Below, in pieces: positions 25,192-36,900 of a stretch of 64,000 nucleotides of DNA. Under the pieces are notes generated by a model. The model was not told the DNA's origin and made no database searches. It was given only the letters and a program-made list of their open reading frames with translations. Numbering within the stretch: position 1 is the first letter of the stretch; each line of letters begins with the position of its first letter. This DNA comes from Ruditapes philippinarum (Eukaryota), in assembly GCF_026571515.1 (NCBI RefSeq), contig NW_026853157.1, positions 124,001 to 188,000 on the forward strand, in the 5' to 3' direction. A program made the position numbers and the translations under genes.

Positions 25192-26349
25192 TTAGACTTC
25201 AGTTCCACCAGATGGTTCTTTTACAACAGATATCTTATGCTTCCTCAGAAACATACTTTTCAGTTCGTTTCTAAATCTCGGACCGGTTACGCAATATAGA
25301 AAGAAATGAATTGAATTATTGATATATTGTAACATATTAACAACAGCCCACCAAAAGTTATGCCAGGCTATTTCTTCTGGTGTTTTATCTGAATACCAAT
25401 ACTCTTCTCCAATCAAGAATGTCTGAATTGGTGATGTTGTTACAAGAAAAACACAATTAACTGTCAGTAACATAGCTGTAAGTGAAGAAATCCTCCGTGC
25501 AGGTGAACGATTTCTAACCTGTGACGTCTGCCGCAATGTTTGTTGTGATGTCATTTGTGACGTAATTTCCCGTGTTTGCGTTGTGTCCTGCATCGTCATG
25601 GACTGAACGGCCATATCAGAATTACTTTCCCGTGTTAACGGGCTATCAAGCTTTGTTGCTAAATTTGGTGTCCGATAGAAATCATTGTGTTTATCAAGCT
25701 TCTTTTGAGAACTGACCATTTCGTAAATAATCTTTATATTGCATGCTATCATGATTGAAAATGGAATCAAACAAAATGTAGAAAAATCAATCCATGGCCA
25801 AACATATCTTAAAAAGTTATTGGCAGCTTCCGTTTTGGCATCACACCTGAATTCCCAGGTATTTACAAGTTGAAGGTTCCAAAAGAAATGCATGTTCTTG
25901 ATGACCAAGAAAACTATGATAGCTGCTATAACCCAGCCTGCTCTTTTCAAAGTGCACAAGATCTTTGCTCTGAATGGAATCGATACTGATAAACATCTAT
26001 CTATTGTCACAGACACCAATACCCAGACAGTAAAATCAAGGGACAAGTAGACTAAAAACGTATGAATCTTGCACGAAGCGTTTGAAAAATGTCTCACGTC
26101 TACATCGAAAGCTTTACTTATCCAGTAACGTAATAATCCAGTGTACAGTGTAAACAAATCACCAAAACTTAAACAAGTTAGATAAAACATTGTTGTCGAG
26201 CAACGTAATTTTGGACGTAGGAGAACACATATTGAAAGAAAGTTTCCAAATGTTCCAACTATTATAAGAATTGGTGAAACATAAATCCAAAGATAGTTTC
26301 CTATGTTATACTGCCTAAAGTCTTCAAGTTCTTTCTCCGTGGTGTTCAT
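25192..26349 (-). CDS. GPCR3: class A 7TM receptor, FMRFamide-receptor/srw-like, 385 aa, C-terminal TEV
   Basis: Same 7TM motifs. TIDRC, one ICL3 unit, N-terminal NTT sequon, ends GGTEV*. Confidence 0.95.
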   Translation of the reverse strand: MNTTEKELEDFRQYNIGNYLWIYVSPILIIVGTFGNFLSICVLLRPKLRCSTTMFYLTCLSFGDLFTLYTGLLRYWISKAFDVDVRHFSNASCKIHTFLVYLSLDFTVWVLVSVTIDRCLSVSIPFRAKILCTLKRAGWVIAAIIVFLVIKNMHFFWNLQLVNTWEFRCDAKTEAANNFLRYVWPWIDFSTFCLIPFSIMIACNIKIIYEMVSSQKKLDKHNDFYRTPNLATKLDSPLTRESNSDMAVQSMTMQDTTQTREITSQMTSQQTLRQTSQVRNRSPARRISSLTAMLLTVNCVFLVTTSPIQTFLIGEEYWYSDKTPEEIAWHNFWWAVVNMLQYINNSIHFFLYCVTGPRFRNELKSMFLRKHKISVVKEPSGGTEV

Positions 26350-28250
26350 AGCTGTAAAATCATTAAATTATTCCATTTAGTAAGTTGTTTTGCACATCAA
26401 AAAATACGATACGTAATTAATATGTCATTATATTGTCCGAATGTCCTATAAATGTCATAAAACTGTCAATGCACATTGTAACGTAACCTTTCAAAACACA
26501 TTGCAACGAAGGTCTGCGCATTCTTTATTCTTTATTTCTTGACATGTCTTAATCCTGTGTAATATCATATCATATACTTCAGCGATCTTTTTTATGCCCA
26601 ATAAATATTTGTGTCTTGTTTATTCAATTCGAAAAATCATAACTTAAAAAAAAATAACTTTAAGGTAGCGAAATCAAATTGTTTCAGGTTTTTGATAAAC
26701 CGTCATGATATTTTATTGAATCTTTAAATTAACGTTTTCATTTTGTTTTAAATCTTATCTTTACATACTATTGAAACTGTTTGTTCATAAGATACATCCA
26801 CAATTTTGAGCACATTTTCCGGCTTTTAAAATGTTCGGAAATATTTGAATATGATTCCGTAACTCCATTCACTACAAAAGATGTCTGAAACTCAATTAAT
26901 TTGCGCTGGTATAAGGTTCCATAAATCGTATCCCAACGAAGATTTGATTGTTCACATTTGCATATCAACACTACCACTCGACTGTTTTATTACGCCTTTT
27001 GTTTATATCAGTTTAACACAACGGTTCGCAATCAGTGTATTCTGAGTACCCGTTTATTTAATCTAGCGTTACATAAATGTTTCTGACCAGCTTAGTCAAC
27101 ACGCTTTTCATTGTTAATGGTATAAAATTATCATTTATGATTACCATTATTTAGCGCGTGCCTATTGCCGCCATAAATATTTACAATCGTGTTGTCAAGT
27201 TTGGTTTTATTTTCAAATTATTACTTCCTAAGTTTGTAGAGTGGATAATGAAGTCGGTTGTTCAAAGTTTTATGGGTCTTATCTATAGATGACCGACAAA
27301 GGTTGCAGCAAGGTTGCATGCAATGAGTAAGTGTTTGCTTTAAATTGGACCCAAGTATTCATGGACTAAAACACTTTTCTCATAAATGTCCTATTTATTT
27401 TGTCTTAAGTATTTTTGGACTTCATGGATATACATTAATAATAAATTCGATAACAGGAGTGAACTGCACTATCATTCTATTTAGAAATAAATACTCATTC
27501 TTCTGCCATTATTAAAGATGATTTCGAAATACGTCAGACAGGAAAGGAAGATAATGTAAATCACCGATAAATGCTTGGATATGTTCTTTGCTATTTCCAT
27601 GCCTGTGTAAAACCATCTTATTGACGAGGCAATGCCAGAATAAACAGCAGATAAGACTTTGGCTCGGTGTCCCTGCTTTCACCTGCACTGCCAAAGGAAT
27701 ACGGACTGAGGTCTAAATGGAATGATGCATAATGATTTAAATGTAATGAATGCTTGTTATAATATAATGTTTAATGCCACTGTTCATATATGTATAGTTT
27801 TGGAAAAAGTCTCTCATAAACTGTTTACTGTTCAAATGTTTTTCCCCAATTGATTTTTCACTGTATCTTTTGTCTACTATGTACCAGCAAAGCTGCATTA
27901 TGAATTTAGAGAATCATCAGATTTTGAGCCATTTTATTAGAAGGCTATTGTTCACATGAACTCATAAGTTGGTAGATTTTGAAGAGTTAAGAAATCTTAC
28001 ATACGACTGAAAAATTTCCAGAAATAATGCAAACACGATTGTAAATATTTGTCACTATTTCGCTAGCAAAACTCCTCTCCAAATTACATATATGCCTTAA
28101 TAAGATCTTTTTTTCCAGCTTTCATGTAGATGCATCGGCGGCATGAATACTTCGTCATTTATCTTATTTACATTTTTTCCTTTAAACGATAACAGACACA
28201 TTTTGAGCGAAATAAATTGAGGGTTGACGTTTCCGTTTTGTTTTTAGTTA

Positions 28251-28890
28251 CGAGGGTGTGTAATGCAATATGGTCAATAAAGTAACACTAAACAATTTGC
28301 TAACATCCCTCATGCCCCTTTCACCGGCCTGAGCGGTACTCAATTTTCTGCACTCAAAGGTGCAGGATTCAATTGTCCCGAATGACCAGAAAAACAACAT
28401 ACTGAAGTGATAACAACGCTTCCAAATAATCGTTTGCTACAGAAATATAGATGTTTAATTACATTTTTAAACGCTTTAACAGTGTCATCCTTAGCTATAC
28501 CTTCAATAACGGACAAATGGCCAATCAATGACCATTTCTACTCAGAAAGCATTGACCTGCAAGGTGTTTTTGACAGTCTAGGAGATGGGAAAAAGTCACA
28601 GGGTGCTACGTCTGGAGATTACGCTGGATATTTAAGAAAGTTTTTTTCTTGAAAATAAATCAATCACAGTAGCTATATTACTAATACTTTATTGTTGCGA
28701 TAAATAATACAAATATAATTATAACCATAAAAAGCAGAATTTTTTGCGTTCTGCTTGTGCCTTTATGTCTGCACGTATTTCAGCACCATTAACTGAGTGT
28801 TCACTGGCCATACGTTTGATGAAGTTACGCCTGTATGTCAATAAAATTCTTAATCGGTTGACTACACATTATGATTTGGGCACCATTTAA
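28251..28890 (-). mobile_element. Decayed mariner (Tc1/mariner) transposon relic
   Basis: Minus strand at about 28590-28625 reads PA*SPDVAPCDFF, a degenerate form of the mariner YSPDLAPxDF motif, followed by KHLAG and GIAKDDTVKAFKN. TA|CGAGGG terminus at 28249. A related end fragment lies at about 24185-24260. Right boundary uncertain. Confidence 0.65.
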
Positions 28891-29558
28891 AGGAGATACT
28901 TTGAAGCATAGCATTGTTTATACAAACACACGAATCACCAGCCAAATTAGATAATATACTTCATATTGCATTACATTTTGACTCACCGTCGTATTTGTCC
29001 GTGAATATGAACTTTTATTTTACAATTTTGAGGCTTATCAGCTTACAGTCACGGTACTTAGAATATTCTGCTGATAATGTGTTATTGTTATGCAAGTTGG
29101 TAGTTATAAGAGATAAATATGGCTTCTACAAGTAGCACTGTACCTTTAAGGAATTACTTACAATTTTCTGCTGGATTTTAATTTCATTAAATATACACAC
29201 AATTATAACTACACGCATTCACTTTCTTTAATTTGCAATTTTGAGAATTCATGCAGACGTAAAAACCCGAATTTATGAAATTAAGATCATAAAAGCGTGA
29301 ATTTATAAAGTTGAAATAGTAAAGTAAATGCTCATGTTGTGAAAACGTTGATATGTGATTAGAACATGAAATCATAAATTCACAAGGTTGAAATCGTTGA
29401 ATTTGTAAAACTGAAACATAAGCCGTAATCTATCACTACCGGCAAGTGGTCAGATAAATAAAGATAAGTAATGTATTCAAATAATAATTAATAATTAATC
29501 ATCTCCAATATGAATCTATAGTTATATCATAATGAAAGTTTTCAGTAATATTTATCAT

Positions 29559-30671
29559 TTAAACTTTTGTTCCACCAGACTGTCCTTTTACAATATCAAG
29601 GAGCATCGTCTTCAGTTCGTTTCGGAATATCGGACCTGTCAAACAGTAAAGAAAGAAATGTACAGCGTTGTTAGTATATTGCAACATATTCACAACAGCC
29701 CGCCAAAAATTACACCAGGCAATTTTTTCTTCTGGTGTTTTATCAGAATACCAATATTCTTTTCCAATCAAAAACGCTTGAATTGGCGATGTTGTTAAAA
29801 GGAAAACACAATTAACAGTCAGTAACATAGCTGTCAGTGAGGAAATCCTTCGTGCTGATGAACGTTTTTTGACACGTGACGTTTGCTGCGATGTCTGATG
29901 TGACGTCATTTGTGACATCATGGACGTCGACTGAACAGACTTTTCAGAACTATTATCCTGTGATAACGGGCTATCATGCTTAGGTTTTAAAGTTGGTGTC
30001 CGATAATAATCTTTGTGTTTGTTCAGCTTCTTTTGAGAACGGATGATTCTGTAAATGATTTTGATATTGCATGCTATCATAATGGAAAACGGAATCAAAC
30101 AAAATGTTGAAAAATCAATCCATGGCCAAACATATTTCAAAAGGTTACTGACTGCTTCCGTTTTGGCATCACATTCCGACGTATCGACAAGTTGAAGGTT
30201 CCAAAGGAAATGCATGTTCTTGATGACCAGCAAAAATAAGATAACAGCTATTACATAGCGCGATCTTTTCAGAGTGCATATAATCTTAGCTTTGAATGGC
30301 ATGGACACCCGCAAACATCTATCTATTGTCACAGACACCAGAATCCAAACAGTGAAATCCAGGGATAAGTACACTAAGAACGCATGAATCTTGCAAGTGG
30401 CGTTTGAAAAATGTCTCACGTCCACATCGAAAGCTTTACTTATCCAGTAACGTAACAATCCAGTGTACAGTGTAAACAAATCACCAAAACTTAAACAAGT
30501 TAGATAAAACATTGTTGTCGAGCAACGTAATTTTGGACGCAGGAGAACACATATGGATAGAATGTTCCCAAATGTCCCAACTATTATAAGAATTGGTGAA
30601 ACATAAATCCAAAGAAAGTTCCCTATATTGTACTGTCTAAAGTCTTCAAGAGTTTTTTCCGTGACATTCAT
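29559..30671 (-). CDS. GPCR4: class A 7TM receptor, FMRFamide-receptor/srw-like, 370 aa, C-terminal TKV
   Basis: Same 7TM motifs. TIDRC, shortest ICL3, TM7 NNAVHFFLY, ends GGTKV*. Confidence 0.93.
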   Translation of the reverse strand: MNVTEKTLEDFRQYNIGNFLWIYVSPILIIVGTFGNILSICVLLRPKLRCSTTMFYLTCLSFGDLFTLYTGLLRYWISKAFDVDVRHFSNATCKIHAFLVYLSLDFTVWILVSVTIDRCLRVSMPFKAKIICTLKRSRYVIAVILFLLVIKNMHFLWNLQLVDTSECDAKTEAVSNLLKYVWPWIDFSTFCLIPFSIMIACNIKIIYRIIRSQKKLNKHKDYYRTPTLKPKHDSPLSQDNSSEKSVQSTSMMSQMTSHQTSQQTSRVKKRSSARRISSLTAMLLTVNCVFLLTTSPIQAFLIGKEYWYSDKTPEEKIAWCNFWRAVVNMLQYTNNAVHFFLYCLTGPIFRNELKTMLLDIVKGQSGGTKV

Positions 30672-31499
30672 AGTTTCAGAAATTAATACAATTTAGCTTT
30701 TTAATGACTCCTTTCTACACAAAAACACACCGAAGTAAATATATCATATGTCTTTCCGAATTTAGTATTTTATTCTTTGCTATTGTCAATATTGTTATAA
30801 TGCAAATTGTTAAGAAAATTGTCAATGTTTTAATAATTTGTAGATTTGGGTATGCGTGTTATATGGCAGATACAAATATTTAAACTAGTTTATTCTTATC
30901 AGGTAACTTATACATATGCCTTTTGTCGTTTGCCAATTAATAAACACATTGTTTGTTAATCTAATGTTCAACTCACACTAGTATTTTGTATAAACAATTT
31001 AGAAATTTATTCTACAAATTTAGCAAAATCAATTAATATCACTTTGCGAATATCCGTAATTTTACTCACACCAATAAAGCTTAGTATTCACTTTTATATG
31101 TTGTTAATATTTGTTCTATTATAAGTTCATTGAAACCTTTTCCTTGCTAAAGTTACATAATGTTATTTATTTTCTACATTGTGTTTGTTTTAAAACATGT
31201 TCGGATTCTTTAAAAAATGAATCTGCTCAGTCAGCTAACTGTGAAATATGCAACAAACGCACCATAATCACACCCTTTTAAAGTTTCCACTATGAGAAGT
31301 ATCTCACTAGAGACTTGCTATTTTCATATGAATTTCACTACTTCAGTGTTTGTTTGTAATTATTTATTTAACACTTATCGCAACTACTACATTTGAAGTA
31401 CCCGTGTGTTTATCATAGCCCAGGTACATAATTCATTCATGGAGTATTTCTGGCTAAACTTTATACACTCAGAATTTATTTTAGTTGGATTGTGTAGGA

Positions 31500-31668
31500 A
31501 GCTATTAGCTTATTGACATACTTTCGAATCCGTTCCTAGAACCAACCAGTACTGAGCAATGAGTGTAAAATTTCTTGCTCATGGAAACAACGACTTGCCC
31601 CTGACGGATTTTGAACCCCATGCGGCAAGCGTTCATTAGATTACTTATCAGACGCGTTAACCACTCGA
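31500..31668 (-). mobile_element. tRNA-derived SINE (CORE-like)
   Basis: Minus strand: A-box-like CGAGTGGTTAACGCG, B-box-like GGTTCAAAATCC, then TTGTTTCCATGAGCAAGAAATTTTAC...AGTACTGGTTGGTTCTAGGAACGGATTCGA shared with copies at 6290 and 17200. Confidence 0.6.
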
Positions 31669-33039
31669 ACATCATAACTTATACATGCATCATAATTTTC
31701 CTTGTTAAAGGCAGGCATACATTTATCATATCTGATCGCGTGCCTATAGTCACTGTTAAAATTTACAATTTATATTCAAATAAAAGTATAACCATTTATT
31801 TTATTTGACCAAGAATTTGTGTATAAATCAGAATTGATACGTTTGAAAACAGAGTAAAGCAACGATATATTATGTCTTGTATTTGCTGTATCGGATTAAA
31901 CTCAGGCGTCATGTATTTCTATCAAATAGGGAGATGTCGTGCTACTAGAAGAAAGCCCCTAAACAATCGTAAACGGCAACAGTGCTAATTATGATTCGCT
32001 AAAATATAGCCATTGCCAATATCGCAAGATGTGATATATGACTTAGACTTTATGGAAAATAAATTTTTTATTACCTCCCTTTATTTACATGAAATGTTAA
32101 ATTCGGTATTATCTTTAAAAATAATGCTTTTTGGGCTTTACAAAATTGATAAATCTTAATTTGAGCATCGTATTTAGGATATAAACCAATAAAAATGTTT
32201 GTTACTCATTTAAGATAATCCACCAACCTGAGATCTATCTACATTTTCATGCAATGATACTTAAAAATGCACAAAATCATTATACGGAACTAATGGAAAA
32301 TCATTATTTTTACTCTGTAATGAAGAACGCACTGAAACTTAGAATTGAAATAAATATATTATGAAACATGAGCATGTACAACGTTAATTGCTGTTATATA
32401 CAGTAAATGTCCTTGTATCTGTTTTACGTTTATGTGTGTTCTTTTATGAAAATATACATTTATTTAATATTATTGGACACGGTATCTTTTCGTTCAATAA
32501 GACGTAGCATATACCATTTTGCCTTGTTGATCACCGTTAAAGAGTATTTTTCATCTGTAGTTAACAGTTAAAACAATTGAAATAAAAGCAAACTGCGGAG
32601 AGATATTAACAGTATTTTAGCACATAGTGCATTCATGATTTTATGAAAATTTATCTATCTAAATTTTAATTATATATGTATAATAACACAATTAATAAAC
32701 GATTTAAACACTACGCTTTTCAAGTAATCGGCATACAATTGGACACCAAAAAAACACCCCAAAAAACGACCTCTCGTCCAGTCAGTACTTGCGTGTTTAA
32801 TTTTATTATATCTAGACTATTTATCACATACTAGTAGATAACATGTTAAAAGCGTTTCTTAAAATTACCGTCTTTGTGTACAGCAAAACCCGAACAACTG
32901 TCAATTTGAAATCTTTAAAAATTTGAGGTTTAAGGACGAACGGATTCAGTTGTTTACTTTAGAAAGAAACTAACAACAACAACAGCTTGACTCCTTAAGC
33001 AGACAAAGACGTGTGTATTATCGTATTTAATGAATAATT

Positions 33040-33260
33040 CGCAACTAGAGAAAATAAGAATCCCTAAAGAAAGTCCCAAAAACGACAAAATTGAAAATGT
33101 TGCAGGCTCAGTTTGATTGGGTCTGTTGTCAAGGGCTAACTACCGCCCACGTCCCTCCCGTAGCACCGGCTTAAGCAGAATTCAACATTTAAACATGAAA
33201 CTGGTTTTTGAATTTAGAAACATCCGGAGATGTGTTCATACGGCGGTTATCATGGAACCT
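33040..33260. repeat. Dispersed repeat with an inverted copy at about 36090-36315 and a fragment at about 36930
   Basis: AAAACGACAAAATTGAAAATGTTGCAG and AGATGTGTTCATACGGCGGTTA match the reverse complement of about 36259-36285 and 36103-36125. Confidence 0.7.
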
Positions 33261-33942
33261 TCAATGTGGCACGGTAGTGTAATTCCATGAAAAGCGGCGT
33301 ATGGTCCCCAAGTAATAGAAAGCGTGTGCCCTTAACGAGAAAACAATTGGCGGAACTAAACATAATGGAATTTTGGAAGGGAATCAGAGATTATGAACGC
33401 AAGATCTCTGTTGAATTGGAATTTACAATTCAGGATCGGAGCAGTACCTCTAGACGCTTGCAGAAATAACGGTCACACAATAGACAAATATCCTTTTTTT
33501 CGCCGATACTTACCATTTTTCATTCATTATCGTATATAAATCTGTGATGAATAAGTTGTTTTAAAAAGATTTTCATTCCGTTGGCCGCAAAAGCGAGATT
33601 ATATCATTTAATCATACAATGGTCTTTAGAGGGATATTTAGTGTGGTGTTTTAGCCTTGAATTTGACACTATAGAGAGAACGAATACTCATTTGTTCATC
33701 ATGTCTGCTTATGCAAATTTACATTGTTATTTTGTAATTAGTGTAGATAGGGAAAAATCACCCACGGATGAATAAACTAATTAAAGGCATTTACCATTAC
33801 ATAACTTAATGATATATCAAAATTATTATTATGTTTCCACTAGATAAAGTGGTCTTTTTAAGTATGATTTGATTAATAATAGCCGAAGGAGAAAAGAAAA
33901 AGCCTTTTTGATAATTTGAAACCTATTGTTAGAAATATTAAT

Positions 33943-36900
33943 ATGAGTAATTTCTATACAGCAGCACTTGTTTTTGGAATAACGCTGACTCGTGTATCAG
34001 GTAAGATTTCTCATGTTAGTACATAAAAAGTTATATTTCAACTATATTCTGATCGTCCTTTTCATGTTTTCATGTCTTCTGCAGAAATATACAGTGATAC
34101 TCCATCTTACGGGCACTCCTTTAGTTAGGACATATCGATCGTCAGGGTATCTTCATAAAAACGGACAATATAAGATCTTCTTGATTTGTTATTTTTCGTA
34201 TTAAAATCAACAATACCTGAACTGAGACTATCTTACTTGTAAGCAATACATGATTGAACAAAATGATAATTGAAAACAAATTTATGTCACTATAGTACAT
34301 TTTGAGTAATCGATCAGAATGCGACATTTTTTGCTCTTTTTTTGGTCATTTTCGAGACAACGTGCTAAAAATTAAGCATTTTGATAACTTATTTTGTATA
34401 ATTTATTTATTGTTATCTCGTTTTAGTTACTTTGCAAAGCGTTAAAAAATTCTATCCAGCAGCCAATATACTATAATACAGCAGCCAATATACTATGCAT
34501 ACTACATTAATATATTGCATATTAAACATGTTGAAACAATGGGGAGCAAAAACTTTGGGACAATTTCTACCTTTTACCATTAGCAGCTATAGTATTAAAA
34601 AATTACATAAAAGTTCAACAAATATTGCAACCTACAAGGGAATAATAATATCTGTAAATAATAAAAAACAATCTTGCCACGGTTTTGAATGATCTGCTTT
34701 TGAAAATGAGCTACAAACTCATTTTTATTGGCAGATTACTCAAAAAGTGGTGTATTGGAACACGCAACTGTTAACAGGAACTTGTTTTTATTATGCTTTC
34801 TTATAATAATTCAAAGTTCAAGAAAATTCTTGGCACTTATTTCAACTATTTACCTATGTAAAAGTGCAGTACTATTTGCTATAAAATATCAAATTAGCGG
34901 TTGACTAACTTTGACATATTTCAGACCTGACTTTTTTCTGCGATAAAGTTACAAAATTTTCAAACAATCTATAAAATATATTGACCAATAATCTTTTTTC
35001 TGTATTTACTTAGTCTATATTTACTTAGACAATAACTAAGATGTAGGTGACCTGTTAAAAATGTGGTTAAATGTTTTTACGAAATAATTTTGAGATGACA
35101 GATAGTTAATATTACCATGCACTTTTTAATTTAAATGGTGTAAAAATTAAATGGTCGATATGCGTTATGCAGATTTGAAAAAAGAACAGAAAGAGAAAAA
35201 CAACAACAACGTAGAAGAAAAAAAAAACAAAACAAAAAACAACAACTTTTTTGAGGCCCCAACTGGGTAACCCCGTTTATTTACCCCGTAATAGGTATGA
35301 GATGGTCGGGGTCATCCCCCTCATACCTTACATTATTTATACATGCATATCACATTGTAATATTTACAAATAAATTATCATAAAAATACCTTAAACTTCT
35401 ATCACATTAATTAGAGAAGGTTTACAAATTATCTATTTTACACATGTATGTAAGTTATTTATTTAAAAGAAATACATCACATAAATATAGAATACCAGTG
35501 TAATTTATTCAAGTAACAATCTTACAATTTGCCATCTTTTAATTTCAGAGTCAGTCAAATCTGCATTTTTGTAAATAGTCCAAGCTAATTTTAGGTTATT
35601 TTTAAAGTCATGAAATGTGGGTAGCATTTTTTCTCTAAGACAAATATATGTATTTTCCCCCACAAACTATTAAATTGATACATGTAACTATAGTCCCCTT
35701 ATCAGATAAAAATCTTAAAACGAGGCTATTAATTTAAAATAACGTAACATTGTTCAATCGTTGAAAATGGAAATCGAATATATATTATTAAAGCAACGAA
35801 TTGCTCGTGGTTGAGCTTTATAAATTTGTTGACTTAATTGCAAATATATTATTCATGACTGTTAACTCTGCAGGCTTGGTAAAGAAGTGGCATATGTGCA
35901 TGTCTGCAATTGAAACACTTAATTTTCATGATAAGTGATTGATTCCAATGATTATATTTTTTCAGGTGTTACTTAAACAGATACAATTTTAAGCCAATGT
36001 AATGTGGTTAAACGGCAGCTTGCATTGATCACCCTCAAAATGCCAAGTCTTACCGATTCTAAAATTTTTTCCGTGATGAGCGTTCTTTAAGGCTTCCGTA
36101 TGGTAACCGCCGTATGAACACATCTGCCCATTTTAAATTCAAAAATTATACCAATACCATGAATAAATGTTAAATTCTACTTAAGTCGGTGTCTGGGTGC
36201 ATGGACAGTAACTTGCACTTTCCAGTACCGTCCATGAAAAGCCTCAATCAAACCGTCTCTGCAACATTTTCAATTTTGTCGTTTTGGGCGTTCTTAAAGG
36301 TTCCGTTTTTCTCTATTTTATTACATTCCATTTATTGTATTTGAAATAGAACTTTAAATATTTATACATTTGATGAAATGTTGAAGTATTAAATAATCAC
36401 TTATTTGAAATAAGATCCTTGAATTTATGGAAAAATATTTGTAAAAAGAACTGTTATTTTTTATATAATTTTATGTTCAATGGATTTTACAAAATATGAA
36501 CAAAAAAGAGTTATTATGGCCAACTTTAACCACTTTAATTATGACAATACAATAAATTGTAGTACATGTACATAATGGAATTCCACTGAAGTCCAACAGC
36601 CTAGAAAAGAACCACTGAAATTGGAATCTTTACATAGACCATCTAACGGACTTAAAACAGAAAGATATGCAAAATATAATTGAGAAATATACTCTGAAAT
36701 TAAATTGAAAATCGTACTTTTGTGCTAGCCCGATATTTAGGTAACTTTCCTTAATTAAAATAATTATTCTGGAATAACGGAGTTGTTGGGTGAATTATAT
36801 GAAATTTTGCACACAGTATCAGTAGGTGTGGCAGCTGTAAAAAGTTTTGTTATATTTTTCTGGTCCTTCGGGATCATTGATTTCAGCACTTTTAAGTGTT

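Noticed and set aside
27512-27720. Slightly GC-richer stretch with a minus-strand acceptor-like site, as a possible exon
   Set aside because: No recognisable protein motif and no partner exon found.
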